A DNA stretch of 64,000 nucleotides from Dicyema japonicum (Eukaryota > Animalia > Dicyemida): the NCBI GenBank assembly GCA_011109175.1, contig RDEW01000003.1, positions 975,071 to 1,039,070 of the forward strand, read 5' to 3'. Under the pieces are notes generated by a model. The model ran no database searches. It worked only from the letters and a program-made list of their open reading frames with translations, and was not told where the DNA came from. This document shows, one piece after another, positions 1 to 14,200 of this stretch; within the stretch, counting starts at the first letter, position 1, and the number at the start of each line of letters is the position of its first letter. Made by a program: the position numbers and the translations under genes.

Positions 1-559
1 AATTGAATCATAGGAGAAAGCCCTGAGAATGTCTGTTAAAGTAACTACAATTTCCCTACCGTAAAATAAGGTCATATTTTAATTTGACAGTAAAATTAGG
101 TCAACCCTTGAAGTGATCATACATGATATTTGATGACAATAGATACATTGGTGTCATACTTTTATTCGGAACCAAATGTGGATGCCATTAGTGGATACTG
201 TCCTTAATCTTTTTCTTTGTAACTATCAGGAACCGTGGAGGTATAGACATATTCCTTAATGATCCGGATGGCCGAACTAAATAACTGTTTTTAAAAAAGA
301 AAGAGTTCCCTGAGAGCAATGAGAATGGAAGAAAACTTGTCTTAAACGACTAGCAGTTATTCATCAACTGCTTAGTTGAGTTCTATCCATGTGACGAAAT
401 TGGGAATTTTCTGACGATGAATATAATAATAGCATTCTCGTTCGTTCTCTGTACTGTTGCTATACTGTTATGATGAAAAACTCGAATAATAAAAATGGAA
501 ACGTCTCAGTTGTGCTTAATGTTAAAAATTAAACCCTTGGAATTATCAAGGTTGCAAAT

Positions 560-1500
560 ATAATCTCTGACTTGGATTCCGCGGCTGTGGCCAGAGTGAC
601 CCGACGTTTTACGGGGAATTTGTATTCTGCTTTAACTACCCATAAGATGCTAGCTTATTTAAATAGATCTCAATGCAAAGTTGCCTTTGGGGATAATAAA
701 CACAAACTTACAATAACTAAGTTGCCACCTTCGCAAATTGGATTAAACAATTTACCAACGTGGATAGAACATGAGGAGCTTAATGAATTTTTAGCTACTA
801 TCAGAGTTAAATATTAAACGATTTGAAAAACGTGGAGAAAGATTACCTTTGGCAAAACTAATAATAGAAAACCGTGGAGAAGTGCTCTCTTTGGAGAACT
901 TGGAATTAAAATTTGTTTCTCACAAGTCAGCTGAATGGTTTAAAAAACCTGAAATCAAATGCGTTCGCTACCAGTTATTCTTCATATTGCGCGTTTCTGT
1001 AAAATGTTGAAAGATGTTTGATTTGCTCAGGAAACCACAGATGGTCGGAGTGTCAATTTGACTTAAAGAATAGTAAAATTTCATAAACTGTGGATCAACT
1101 GACCACATGGCTAACTACGGAGGTTGCTCTTGTGCAAAAGCAGCTAATAAACTCAAGATGGATGAATTCTTACCTCAAAGTAATTTTCGCATTTAAAGTG
1201 TTGCTAAAGGAAGTAATGTTGCCAGGAAGTTCAGTGACAATAAAGATTCGACCAAGCTAACTCGAACAGCATGGAATCCGATTACTCCTAGGAAATCGAC
1301 CTCGGATTTTGGAATGCAGACTAATGGACCACCAGTGTCCTCTGTTGACTGTGGGTCCCAAACACAGTCAGTAAGTCAATCAACCAATCCAAAAAATCCG
1401 AATGGACGGGAATATCCCACGGTAGACAAAAATATTCAGGAAGAGGAACGTTTTCATAATATTGTTGACAATTATCTAAAAATGTTAAAAACATAACAAG
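560..1500 (+). mobile_element. Decayed LINE ORF1 (gag-like) with RRM-like segment and zinc knuckles
   Basis: IGLNNLPTWIEHEELNEFL (RRM-like), then C.RYQLF.HIARFCKMLKRCLICSGNH (CCHC-like) near 955-1050. Stops and frameshifts present; second copy at ~22950-23880. Confidence 0.55.
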
Positions 1501-1675
1501 AACAAAGAAGGATGCTGAGTTTTTACGTGGCCTGGTAGCGCTCCTATGAAGAGAGGACAGCCACCAAATAAATCAGATATAACTAGGATTAGAGAGTCAC
1601 TCCGGGTTACAAAAATTCCCAAAACGTTTAAAATATATAGCAATGCTTTTTCGGTAATGTTCCCAGTTATATTTG

Positions 1676-1921
1676 TCAGATCATAGCGTACAGAGCAGGC
1701 TTGACCTCTAATGGAGCTACGTTGAGTTTATTAAGGATTGGTAGACGATCAATAACAAAATCACTTAACGTAATCGGTCGTTCCAAAAATTGATGAACAG
1801 ATTCAGATATTAACGCCATTCCCAAATGATCCCAGGCACTTAGAAAATAGTGATTCGGGGTCGAGGACATCACAACAGAAAACCCGGAAGACACAGACAT
1901 ATCTTTCAAAACAAGGCCGTA
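1676..1921 (-). mobile_element. Non-LTR APE endonuclease C-terminal relic
   Basis: PNHYFLSAWDHLGMALISESVHQFLERPITLSDFVIDRLP aligns by eye with PNHYSYHGGDMLGVFLVSPLL...DLGSDHIP of the LINE at 12874-13500. Copy at 24062-24343. Confidence 0.55.
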
Positions 1922-3459
1922 NNNNNNNNNNNNNNNNNNNNNNNNNNNNNNNNNNNNNNNNNNNNNNNNNNNNNNNNNNNNNNNNNNNNNNNNNNNNNNN
2001 NNNNNNNNNNNNNNNNNNNNNNNNNNNNNNNNNNNNNNNNNNNNNNNNNNNNNNNNNNNNNNNNNNNNNNNNNNNNNNNNNNNNNNNNNNNNNNNNNNNN
2101 NNNNNNNNNNNNNNNNNNNNNNNNNNNNNNNNNNNNNNNNNNNNNNNNNNNNNNNNNNNNCAATTGAAAAGTGCACAACAATATACTGAAACCACCACAA
2201 AGAGGGTATCATTGGAACTCTTGAGGGAACAACTACAAAGTATTGCAATCAGCAGAGTCGGTTACAACATACCGGAATAAGCAAGACAGATTTAAAGAAA
2301 AAGAGATGGTTGAAGAAGATATCGCTTTGTTAGCGGGTGCGTCGGGGTTCATTCTTAAAACAATTTGAGACACGTTTTAAAATTATCCGTGAATTACAAA
2401 ATTGCTACGACCTAATTAATTAAATAATTAATTATGTGGTTTTGATAACTTTGAAGAAGCTCATCAACTTTTCACGATGTTGGACTTTTGATCCAAAAAG
2501 CTACGGATCGTGTGAGAGGCAATGTTTCCCAGATATTCCTCCGACGTGATGTATTTTCTATTTTTGTTTTTAGAGGTGAATTCGTCTTTCTGTGGTAGCC
2601 ACTTCAGTTTTCGAAGGGCTACGAATCCCTTTCCATTTTCGCAGATAATATGGTCGAGAGTGGAAGTAGATAATTCTTTCAGTTTTGCCAAGTGATTTAT
2701 TGACGTAGCCGCNCACGTTTTAAAATTATCCGTGAATTACAAAATTGCTACGACCTAATTAATTAAATAATTAATTATGTGGTTTTGATAACTTTGAAGA
2801 AGCTCATCAACTTTTCACGATGTTGGACTTTTGATCCAACAAGCTACGGATCGTGTGAGAGGCAATGTTTCCCAGATATTCCTCCGACGTGATGTATTTT
2901 CTATTTTTGTTTTTAGAGGTGAATTCGTCTTTCTGTGGTAGCCACTTCAGTTTTCGAAGGGCTACGAATCCCTTTCCATTTTCGCAGATAATATGGTCGA
3001 GAGTGGAAGTAGATAATTCTTTCAGTTTTGCCAAGTGATTTATTGACGTAGCCGCCTGCGTAGACTGGCTTCGATTTTCAGACAGTTCGTCCATGAGAGG
3101 TTTGTTCCCATGAAACGTAGGCATAGGCAATGATCGGCTCATTGAATTGTTTGTATAAAGATCCAACGAGTGGAAAAGGATTTTTTATTAGACCTCTAAA
3201 TTGTGATTTGATCAGTCCAATTTTCCTGTCGCAGGTCCTGATGGATTGAACATTAAATCATTATTATTATTAAAAGCACTTTCACAGAACCAAAGAACGT
3301 TATATTAACTAAGGTCCCGTTTGTGCCACACGTTTTGAGATTTACTTTACTAGGCGTCTGAACGATGGGTTGTTCTTATTGTTAAAGTAATTGTCCATTA
3401 TTATATTTGCAGGGGCGTTTATGTCCATTCATTAATATTCATATATTAATAACTATTTT

Positions 3460-3901
3460 TGCAATTATTATTATAAAGGCACTTTCACGAAAGCTATAAT
3501 GTTTATATGCCCCGCATGTGCAACAGTCATAAAAACAATATTTAACGTTTATCTATTCCAGCTTCATCTGTCGATGCGTGTGATCTCTATTTTTCCAGGT
3601 CGTTCCCCGTCTTTATATTTTTTCTCACACGATTTAGATCTTTGTTTAAGGCAGTCGAAAGTGTCGATATAGGTCGTCCGTGGAAGGGTTTGTCGCAACT
3701 GTCAAAGTAATATTCCATCGCTTTGTTAGCGGGTGCGTCGGGTTCATTCTTAATACATGCCCAAATAGCCTCCACCGGGAATCTATCATTGTAATCTTTG
3801 GGTTTTTGGATCCTGAAAAAGGCGGATAGACGAAAAATTGATCCCTTTAAGCTGTGGTGCTGGAGGAAGTTATTAAGAATTCTTGACTTCCAAAATAACA
3901 A
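3460..3901 (-). mobile_element. RTE-clade LINE 3' fragment with 3' hairpin and (TAA)n tail
   Basis: ...EPDAPANKAMEYYFDSCDKPFHGRPISTLSTALNKDL matches the RTE C-terminus at 5109-5657; ends GCGGGGCATATAAACATTATAGCTTTCGTGAAAGTGC plus TAA repeats. Confidence 0.75.
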
Positions 3902-5099
3902 ACATCGATGTACTCAACCGGGTAGAAACGGACATTTCGCTAGAAGGAAGAATCGTAAAATACAAATTGGCGTTTTTAGGACATGTTGTCCGCTCTGATT
4001 AACTAGGAAAGGACCATTATGCTGAGCAATATTACTGGGAAGAGAAGACCTGGCCGACCGAGGAGTCGGTGAATATCCACGGTGGTAGACGTCACGGGAA
4101 TGCCTATATCAAGTGATAGAATAAATATCATTAATATTAAATTAATATTTAAAATATTAAATTTAAATAAATCAAATAGTGGGAAGAAAGATTGATAGTC
4201 GGTAAATGCAAAAAGAAGGAATTTATTTGATTACAGAGATACAGCTATGAAGAATGACAAAAAATCAGAATGGAAGGTTTTTTAATCAATATGAAGACTG
4301 TATAACATACATTATAAGAGAAGAGCGTTACAACTGATTAGTATGGTCAACTTGTGCTACCAGTCAACCTTTACTTTATGGAGGAGGATAGAAACAAACT
4401 TAAAGTATGTTGAATTGTAGCAAAAGCTAACTATGCCATATAAAGCATATTTTTACGTGCCGTGTATGATGTTCTCATTGGACACTAGCATTTAGGAAGA
4501 ATGACAAATTTTGAGGATTTATGAATTCGTATTTTATTTATGGAAATGTATCATATCTAAGTCATCATAGGGATTTCTAGTCATCGTGATATGGTACCTC
4601 ATGATCTTCAGGATTTTGAGTATATACCCATTTCTGAGGTTGATGGATAGTTTACAATGATAAATCAGCAAGATGAAGTTATATTTATATTAATAACAGA
4701 GGATCTAATTGTCACATTTAAGATGTTAGAGCTTCATTTCACAATATAACCATGTGTGATGAGAATGGAGTAAAGAAGGATTCCCATGGACATTATATTT
4801 GTTGCTGTGCATTTATTATGGATAGGTTTATTTTATTGTTATATTATATGAGTGAAAAGAGATTGTTATTTACCAATTGGGAGTCAGGGACTTAATGAAG
4901 TAACCGAACTAAATTAAAGTGTGAACCAGTTGATGTGGACCCTGAAGATATATGTTCTAAGGAAGTGAGGATCTTCAATCCTTTGAAGCTTACTTTGATG
5001 CTATTGCTACTTATTATTTAATTTTATTAACACTTATATATTTCAAATACGTATTAGACATATGTGCAATAGAGGGATGTCACCACCTCAACCAAAAAA

Positions 5100-5700
5100 A
5101 GAAGAAAATTGTTATCTACAGTTACTATGCAAAAACTTATGAAATGTTGGATAAGAAAATGCTCGGTCGGGCCATTACTCCGACTCAGGTTGTATGAGGC
5201 GTTCGTGAGGCCCATACTAACATACAACTCTGGGACGTGGGGAATTTCGAAAACGGACGAACAAAACCTTGACTCCTTTCACAGAAGGCAACTTCGGTCT
5301 CTCTTGGGACTAAAGTGGCCAATGCGTGTAGGGAGTGAAAATTTATATAGAAGATGCGGTTCCGGACCTCTGAGCGCCATGATCATGAAGGCTCGCTGGA
5401 GATTGTTTGGCCATATTCTCAGATTGGAACAAGACACGCCAGCAAACGTCGTCATGGAAGAATACTTCGATACGTCAGGGGAGAAGTTCAGAGGTCGTCC
5501 AAGAATAACTCTTCCGGAAGTCCTTAATGGAGACCTGAGATCAGTAACCAGACTACTAAAGGACGGTGAAGACCTTAGTAGTCTGCGGCACTTGGCATCG
5601 GACAGGAGGGGATGGGAAAGGCTAATTAAGAGGATTGTTCAGACGCGGCACGAATAGAATTATAGTTTATATGATTCTATGTAGTTGCTTATAATAATAT
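5100..5700 (+). mobile_element. RTE-clade LINE 3' fragment (RT C-terminus)
   Basis: 182-aa ORF: LRLYEAFVRPILTYNSGTW...LDSFHRRQLRSLLG...RWRLFGHILRL...GRPRITL, a typical RTE ORF2 C-terminus. Confidence 0.85.
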
Positions 5701-8559
5701 ATATTTCCTTTAATTATTCCACATTGATGATGAGGTTGTTTTTACATAATATTTAAGGTTCTAAAAAAGGGACAGGCACTCTCTGGGAGCTACTATTGAC
5801 GGAAGCAGATTGTTTTACTGAGGATGGACGAGTAATATAATCAGAGACATATATAGGTGGCCAGGTGGGTGATTCGAAAGTGGATTTTTAGAACTGATAT
5901 ACCATCTAAATTTAGAATTGTAGTAATTATAGTAATTTAAATAGTTAATCTACTATTGAATGGTTTGCTAATAATATTCGTTCTGTAATATGTATTTTGG
6001 AGCGTGTAATATGTATTTTGGATGAATGTTTTAATAAATTTAAACTTAATTATGATTTTTTTCAATTGGGTAAAATGTTTATTAAAAACGGTTTGTTGTG
6101 TTTGTTATATGCACGGTAGTTTAGTATGGAAATGACTGGAATTGTTTGTAATACTGGTTCTGCTATTATTAATAAAACATGGAGATCATAAAACGAATTG
6201 GGTTATATTATTTAATACTAGTTGGCCATTGGAATTGGATACTTATTGAATTTGGTATTGCATCCATTTTTCCTGATTCTGTTAAATTTAAAGCATCAAC
6301 CATGACAGCAGCAATAGCACTCATAAGCGAAATATTAAATCATATGGTCAGGATTTGTTTTGCCATTAATTTATAAGAAAATTTCACAAATTATCAATAC
6401 CGGAATTAGTTAATGAAACTAAATATATAAAAATATATTTAATCTACTCAATCTGAGAATATCTTTGAGATTGGTGGTCTATATTTGGCTGTGATTCTGT
6501 CTGCTTCCAAATATGAGGGAAAGGAATTAAACAAACGGTATGCAGTATTTGACTATTCTAAGTTGAACTTGAAGGTTTTTCTAGTATTTACTTTAGGGTT
6601 TTGAGATAAAACGACGAGGGAAAAGAATTAAACAAACGGTATGCAGTATTTGACTATTCTAAGTTGAACTTGAAGGTTTTTCTAGTATTTACTTTAGGGT
6701 TTTGAGATAAAACGACGGGGAGAGTTACAATTGGTAAAGAATTTTGCGTCTTTAGTCTTTGAGTCGTTCTTGGATAGGAATAATATTGAATCTGCTTTAA
6801 TAGTACCGTATCAGTAACTAATTATTCCCTGGACATTTTTTTACTCAAATGGGGCTTCTCAGACAGACTGAATTGTTCAAATATCTTTCTGAAAGTAGAA
6901 ACATTTCACGTGCTCTGGAAAGTTATGGAAACAAAAATAAATAACTACAGGAAGCTTAGCTGAGGTACATATTTGCAAATTATTAGAGCTATTCTATCCC
7001 ATGGTGGTTACGCGTCCTATACTGGTAACATGTCACCTTCAATCGCAGTTAGATGTCATAGCTGAGGTACATATTTGCAAATTATTAGAGCTATTCTATC
7101 CCATGGTGGTTACGCGTCCTATACTGGTAACATGTCATCTTCAATCGCAGTTAGATGTCATACTTAATGTGACTTTAATCATTTTTACTCATGTCGGAAA
7201 TATATAATTTTGCCGTTTTTTTAAATATTCAACCTGTGCTTTTATAGAAGACCAATTTATCCTTAATGACAAGTAATGAAATAATAGTTTATTTTTTAAT
7301 GGGATCATAGAAAGGTTTACCCAAATTTAGACAAATTTTTCAATTAACTAAAAACTGAAAAAAAATTCATTAAAAGAAGAATGTTTACATACAACGATTT
7401 GTTCTCTATAAATAAAACTCCATTTATAAAATTGAGAGGAGATTTGGGAATAAACGCTGTCATTCGTGAGCATAAAAGATTATTTTTTAATTTCATAGAA
7501 AGTGAGAGTTCGGATAATGTTTTTCCACGATCTTTAGAGGATATTGACGTGGAACATATTTCAAACGTTTCAGGTAATTATCGTATAAAATATGCTAGAA
7601 AACTATGTGCAGATCATTTTGATCTTAATTTTTTCCACCAAATCTAAATTCAGCCTATTTTAATTGGGAATGAGTTATTTTTAATGAATAATTTTAGATA
7701 CGATCTTAAAGGAATATGGAGCTGATTCATGGCTAAAGTTGAGCAGATTTGAATTTTTATTTGAAGAACCAAGTGAAATTACTCAAATTTTGTCTAACAA
7801 CCGAGTAGAAGTTGATTTAATATTGTTATAACAGATCAAGGAACTTTCAGGAAAATTAAAAATAGTCAACTTGAGCCAAATCAAGAAAATATAGACTTAA
7901 AACATAAATTCTTTGATTTTTGATTACATGTAACCAGCACAGGAAGGGTAACCCATGCGGTACGCGAAATATACCATTTGTACTCTTTTAGGTAGAAAAA
8001 AGAGCAAGAGATCTCTATTTGAGGAAATGGCTTAATTATCATCCTTTTCAAGTGATTTTGGCATTAGGCATGTTATTGCTTGGAATCATTATATTGGACG
8101 ATTTTAAAAATACCAGCCTTTTCACAAGCAGTTGCATTAATAATTTATATTCACAGTCCTGTCCATAGAATCAGCCATCCTGATTGTCTTCAGAATAAAC
8201 TGTTGCAGAATATATAACTGTTATTTTCATTTATTTTGTTATTTCTGTAGTGAATGTACAACATTTCTTTAAATCTGTATAGTTTAGAAACACTCTCAGT
8301 AGTTTCTTGTTTGACGACTCTAGGACGCACTGAGAATGCACGTTCAGTATCCTTATAACTTTTTTATAATGTGAATGTTTAATAAGTATTTCGCTGTTAT
8401 CTTAATCATTGCACTGATCATCGTGTTTTATAGTTGTTTATTGTGTTTTCGTTAACATGTTGTTATTAGTGTCAAAGTTCAACATCCAATGTTTTTTAAA
8501 GCGATTTCGTATTGCTGATTTATTTGTTAGGCCAATTTAGAACATGATATTGCAAATTG

Positions 8560-9270
8560 TGATCCGTTTATAGTTTCTTCTATCTGAGCTACAGGAGTTT
8601 AACCATAAGTGTTTTCATCATCAATAAATGATTTTAAAGCTTTTATTATCCCTTGATCATCCCCTGATCACGTCACTGTATTAAAGTTGTATTTTGTGGA
8701 AAAATATTATGTCGATATTTGAATATTGGATAGAAGTAGATAAGTTGTATTATCAATTAGTAAAGCTATTTTCGTATTTTTTTATAATACGAAATAAGTA
8801 TTTTCAAAAATACTTTTTGTTATCAAATCTTTGTATGAAGGGTCATATTCAATTCCAATGGCATTTAGATTTACTCTCCCAGTACTCTTGGTGACTTTGA
8901 CCGTCCTAGTGGATTATATTTTTATCCAGTGTAGCCTCAACATAAAAAACATGAGAGACGTTCTTTTTTTGTCCGTTGGATGATTCACTTTTTTAAAAAA
9001 TGATTTATAAAAAATTGCAGTTTCGTCACAATTTAAAATATTTTCTTGACCATATTCTAGTAAATCATTGAATTTGATCGAAAGTTTTCTGTTCCTTTTT
9101 ATCAACTGATCGTGCTTCGCCTTGAAGGCTTTGAATTTTATATAAACGTCACAATTTAAAATATTTTCTTGACCATATTCTAGTAAATCATTGAATTTGA
9201 TCGAAAGTTTTCTGTTCCTTTTTATCAACTGATCGTGCGTCGCCTTGAAGGCTTTGAATTTTATATAAAA
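8560..9270 (-). mobile_element. pogo/Tigger-like (Tc1-mariner superfamily) DDE transposase relic
   Basis: ILNCDETAIFYK...KKRTSLMF, then LLIDN...FPQNTT...DQGIIKSFK in shifted frames. Contains a ~120-bp internal tandem duplication (~9025-9267). Confidence 0.7.
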
Positions 9271-10094
9271 TTATTTCTTAGAGACCAATTAATGCAATAA
9301 AGTCTCAATGTGACTATTTGATATTACAGGCAACTAGTTTTAATGTTGGTCTATTAATCGGGAAACGATTCATCTCAGAAAACGAAAAACGTAATAAACT
9401 TTCGTATTCAAATAGTACCCTTTTTTCCATGCTGAGTGACGCCATGTAGTGGTATGTGGCTAGTTGGTCAAAAATTATTTTTCTCCCTTCCGATGGCGTC
9501 ATTGGATCCACCTTACTGAGGAGACGCCCAATGCCTGGCCAGCATCAAGAGGATCCAACTATTCTTTCCCCGGAACACAATGTCATTTCCTGAAGACTAG
9601 TTCTGGAAAACTTGAACGAGTCAGGATCAAGAAGTTAGTTTTGTTACTCTAGTTATTAACTATAATTTTAATTTAATTAATTGGTACCCAATTTCAAGTA
9701 GAGTCTTTCACATAGTATTTCTTCCCTTTTCATTTCAGTCGTTTAGACTTTTTTTAAATAGTTTCATATTTCTCACAAATATATGCATCTTACTGACCCT
9801 ATTGTATTATTTTTTTTCATTTTGATTTTTTTTCTGGTCCTACTCATATTTTTCTAAAATAAATTTAAAAATTAAGAATTGAAGGATTAATTGAGATTTA
9901 ACAAGCTTAAACATTTTCATTAATTATCAAGTTATTAACAAAAATAGTATGGAATAAGAAAAACCAAAAAACTGAAAACACATTCAGTACAATCTGTGGA
10001 GAGTCGTGTAGACACGACGAGCACGGGAACCGCTGTAACGAATCACATACCCAACATTTCACTTCGCTAAAATGTTTCAAGCAGTTCCACAAGT

Positions 10095-10449
10095 ATGACT
10101 TACTTGCCAACAGAATTGAGATTATCGACTCGCAAAGGTGAAAATAATCCCTGTGGTGATCTCCTGGGATGGAATTGTCTCAAGATTCTCCAAGGGCCAC
10201 CTGAATGCCCTCTAGGTGGAAGAGTCGGTCAAAGCTTATATACAAACGCTAGTGATACGGAAGACTTTGGAGAGTATGCAAGATAAGGAGAGGCGTGGAG
10301 TATCGATGCCTGGTGATGAGGAAGATGGCACAGAATGTCAACCTAGGGTAGTCTCTGAATGTGGGGTATGCATCGACTTGAACAGACCTATACAGGCAAT
10401 AGAGGTTGGCCCCAAGAAGAGAAGATTGAGTTATACGGGTGTTATATAA
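10095..10449 (+). mobile_element. RLE-type (R4/Dong-like) non-LTR 3' fragment
   Basis: KYDLLAN and VKAYIQTLVIRKTLES motifs; same family as 29700-30520. Confidence 0.65.
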
Positions 10450-11349
10450 TAATTACTTTACTTAATTTTTTGTAATTAAACTAAGTTTATTTTTTGTAAA
10501 TTAATTTCCCACTTGTGCGATAATTATATCAAAAAATTTCATTATTACTTTTAAAATAATACAATCTCTCGAAAAAAGAGGTTTTCCTCGCAGTTTGTGT
10601 TTCGAGGCTGGACTGTATTTGATATACATAGAAAAATTCTTCTACATGACCTATCAGCCGAAACCTGAGAGATCACTAAATTAAAAAAGAAAGAATCTCC
10701 CATATAATTAAGTGATCCCGGATAAACAAGGGGATGTCGAAACAAGCAGAGACAGATGAACGTAAAACCTCGTAGAGAGGCTGTCGTATTTCTTTAACTT
10801 GAAAGCCGCCGTTCGAGCCGCCTTCCAATCTTTCAACGCGGAACCAGAAAGTCTCGACTGGGAAAAATTAAAAGCTCATGCAGAGAGAACCCCTTCAACA
10901 AGGAAGATGGCACTTAGTAGTAACAAATACAATAGATTGACATGGAATAGCTAAACAATTAAAGTTATTATAATGCAAGTAGTGAATGTTTTAGTAAGGA
11001 AAATAGCTAGGTCAGAATATTTTTGAACTTAAATTTTCCTTTTTCGCATTTTTAGAGCCATTTTGAAAAGTATCTTTGTGGTCAATATGTCATACTGTAG
11101 CAATTGATCCTGGATTTGATTCCCCCCATGGCTACTTGTTCAAAATTTACCCGTGGCCTTTCGTTTATTCGTTATCGTCTTTCGTTCTACTCGAATGACC
11201 TCATGTGATCCATATGTTTCAGGTGACTCATAGTGGTATTAAAGCTTAAAAAATCACTTGCACTTCCCAATACACCGGCAAAGTTCACAGAACTGCAAGG
11301 AATTGACCCGTTCTTCACTTTCCGTTAGTTCTCGATTTTTTAAATAGAT

Positions 11350-14200
11350 GAATTTATTCTAAATGACTACGCTTGTAGCACTTTCTTCCTTCGTCTGATA
11401 TCTTCCATAAAAGCACCTTTTCCATCGATGGCTATCCCGAGATAGCGAAGTGAATTCACTTTTAGGATGCAAAGTGATTAAGGCTGTACACGATGCCTCC
11501 GTAGGCGACTGACTCTCATATGGCTCGATTTCTCGGTAGAGAGTGTCATCCCTCTCTTGGAGCACCAGTCCTGAACTTAATCAACGAATAGCCTGATTCT
11601 ATTTTCGATAAAGTGGATTTTCCAGAAGTATCCATGATTAGAATGTCATCCACGTATATCAACATCTTGGTATTCATATCTGGTGGAACTGGGAAGTCTG
11701 ACAAGAATATATTGAACAACAGCGGCCTCAAGCTCTGTGGAACTCCCCTCTTCAATGTAATATCTCTTGACATATATGGTCCGACACGTATTCTGGAAGT
11801 TCGTTCCGTTAGAAAGTTCTTTATCCATATGAAGTGTTTCTTATGGATATTCGCAGCNNNNNNNNNNNNNNNNNNNNNNNNNNNNNNNNNNNNNNNNNNN
11901 NNNNNNNNNNNNNNNNNNNNNNNNNNNNNNNNNNNNNNNNNNNNNNNNNNNNNNNNNNNNNNNNNNNNNNNNNNNNNNNNNNNNNNNNNNNNNNNNNNNN
12001 NNNNNNNNNNNNNNNNNNNNNNNNNNNNNNNNNNNNNNNNNNNNNNNNNNNNNNNNNNNNNNNNNNNNNNNNNNNNNNNNNNNNNNNNNNNNNNNNNNNN
12101 NNNNNNNNNNNNNNNNNNNNNNNNNNNNNNNNNNNNNNNNNNNNNNNNNNNNNNNNNNNNNNNNNNNNNNNNNNNNNNNNNNNNNNNNNNNNNNNNNNNN
12201 NNNNNNNNNNNNNNNNNNNNNNNNNNNNNNNNNNNNNNNNNNNNNNNNNNNNNNNNNNNNNNNNNNNNNNNNNNNNNNNNNNNNNNNNNNNNNNNNNNNN
12301 NNNNNNNNNNNNNNNNNNNNNNNNNNNNNNNNNNNNNNNNNNNNNNNNNNNNNNNNNNNNNNNNNNNNNNNNNNNNNNNNNNNNNNNNNNNNNNNNNNNN
12401 NNNNNNNNNNNNNNNNNNNNNNNNNNNNNNNNNNNNNNNNNNNNNNNNNNNNNNNNNNNNNNNNNNNNNNNNNNNNNNNNNNNNNNNNNNNNNNNNNNNN
12501 NNNNNNNNNNNNNNNNNNNNNNNNNNNNNNNNNNNNNNNNNNNNNNNNNNNNNNNCTGGCCAGTTAATCTTTTGTAGAACTTCCAGAACGAGGGGTCTTT
12601 CGTATTTAGTTTGCTTGCCTCGTTCCTCAAATGTTGTTCTTGGGACAGTCTTGTTCCCTCTTCAATGATTTTTTTGATTATTTTTAGATGGTCGGTCAGT
12701 GCAATTTGGTCCATCCAGTCAACACATCTTTTGAGTTTATTCCTTATGCGGTTTCTTTCATTAATCATAGATAATTTATGAGGGAAGAGATTGATGCTCT
12801 TCCCATGATTGATCTTTGAAGTTCTCCTCCTTGCGTAAAGTGATAAGTATCTCTCCATTATAATTGAGAGTTCTCAGTCTATGTTGTCAATATCATTTCG
12901 GGAATAAGGTCCATCCTTCCAGTTTTTGAGGTTTCTAGATATGTATCTTCTATAGTGTTCCCAATTTAGTCTTGATAGGTAGTAGTTAGTAAACATTGAT
13001 TCCGTGGTGTCTGGAGCCAGGTTTAGTGTTATTTCTTGTGGGATGTGGTCGCTCCCGAGGTCCTGCATGATCATTGGTTGCTCCACATAAGTGCATAGTA
13101 GTGGTGACACCAGGAAGACCCCAAGCATGTCTCCGCCGTGGTACGAGTAGTGATTTGGCTTCTCCGAGGTCTTTACCTCGAAGCCTGCCTTGTCACTTAG
13201 TCTTCTTAACTTGATTCCATTTTCGTTGATTCTGAGGCATCCATATTTAGTGTTCTTGGCGTTCAGATCCCACACTAGGATAGACAAGTTGTTCTCTGCG
13301 AAGAAATTTTCGATTTCTGTGGAGCATTTTCTTAGGTCCTTGGAGTACATTCCTCTAATATGTATCCAACGGTTACAACAGCGTATCTCAATAGTAACAA
13401 ATTCACAATGTGTGTTCGAGCTAACTCTTGGCTCACGTACATGTAGAACATCGTTGAGAACAATGTGGTTCCAGTGCCAGCCTCTGCGCTTTCGACCCAT
13501 AGTATTTCTATTGAATTAAAATTTTTTATTGTTGCTGTGTTGATCCTTTTCATTTTGGTCTCATTGACCACCAGGATGTCAATCTTGGTGGACGACATGA
13601 GTAGCGCCAGGTCATCACGCCTTTTCTTTAGGGATCGGGCGTTCACCAGCACTATCTTTAGGTTTCTTCTCAGATTTCTTTTCGGTAGCCCGGGCTCTCC
13701 ATGGCCAGGTCCACCATACTGCGTAAATCCACCGCGAATATGCTGCTTAGTTCCTACAGTCTTGATATTATTTCCTTTAGTTCTTTTATAATACTCCCTG
13801 ATAACTTTTCCTTCGGTAACCAGGCCGACTCTCGTGAAAGAGGAGCAGCTTCGACTTGTTAGTTCTTGCGCCAATTACCATTTTTTGGGCTGGCAGTTAC
13901 AATTTATTGGTTATAATATCCGTCTGTTTCGGTTCTCTGTTGTCGATTCGGAAGTTTAACTTTCGTCTGGCCTCCATGAAAACTGGGCATCCTTCGTATC
14001 TTGCGCCGTGTCTTGTTGACCCGCAGTTAACACACTTTCGTTCAAGAGTTGGATCCGCATCAACACTTGGTGGTGTCGTGTTCTCCCGCGCTATGGAAGC
14101 ATTTTTCTTTCCCGTGCACTGGTATGCAAACAATTGGAATACCTCAGGGAGACTCTCTATCTCCGGTTCTATTCGTCGTATACCTGGAAGCGGCATTGAG
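11350..14200 (-). mobile_element. Jockey/I-group LINE, near full length, decayed (ORF1 + APE + RT; spans an N gap)
   Basis: ORF1 CVNCGSTRHGARYEGCP; APE IVLVNARSL...DILVVNETK...LGSDHIP; RT RGVPQ..RPLLFNIFLSDFP...IYVDDIL. Confidence 0.85.

Larger units (their letters stand above)
20..1921. repeat. ~1.9-kb duplicated segment, copy 1
   Basis: Colinear, roughly 90% identical (by eye) to ~22390-24300; a sub-block recurs at ~20440-20620. Confidence 0.85.

Noticed and set aside
2377-3050. Exact ~335-bp tandem duplication
   Set aside because: The copies are separated by a single N at 2713, typical of overlapping contig ends joined by a scaffolder; likely artefact.
2807-3260. 119-aa ORF and an overlapping protein-like frame
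   Set aside because: No motif, stops in the alternative frame, and it overlaps the artefactual duplication.
6530-7160. ~90-105-bp near-perfect tandem duplications (also at ~9025, ~17745, ~24855)
   Set aside because: No spacers or conserved structure; local slippage or assembly artefacts, not CRISPR-like arrays.
7381-8280. Stop-codon reassignment to explain in-frame stops in long frames
   Set aside because: TPX2, EML and the orphan gene have stop-free exons under the standard code and end at TAG, TAA and TGA; all three stop types interrupt the relics, which indicates decay.
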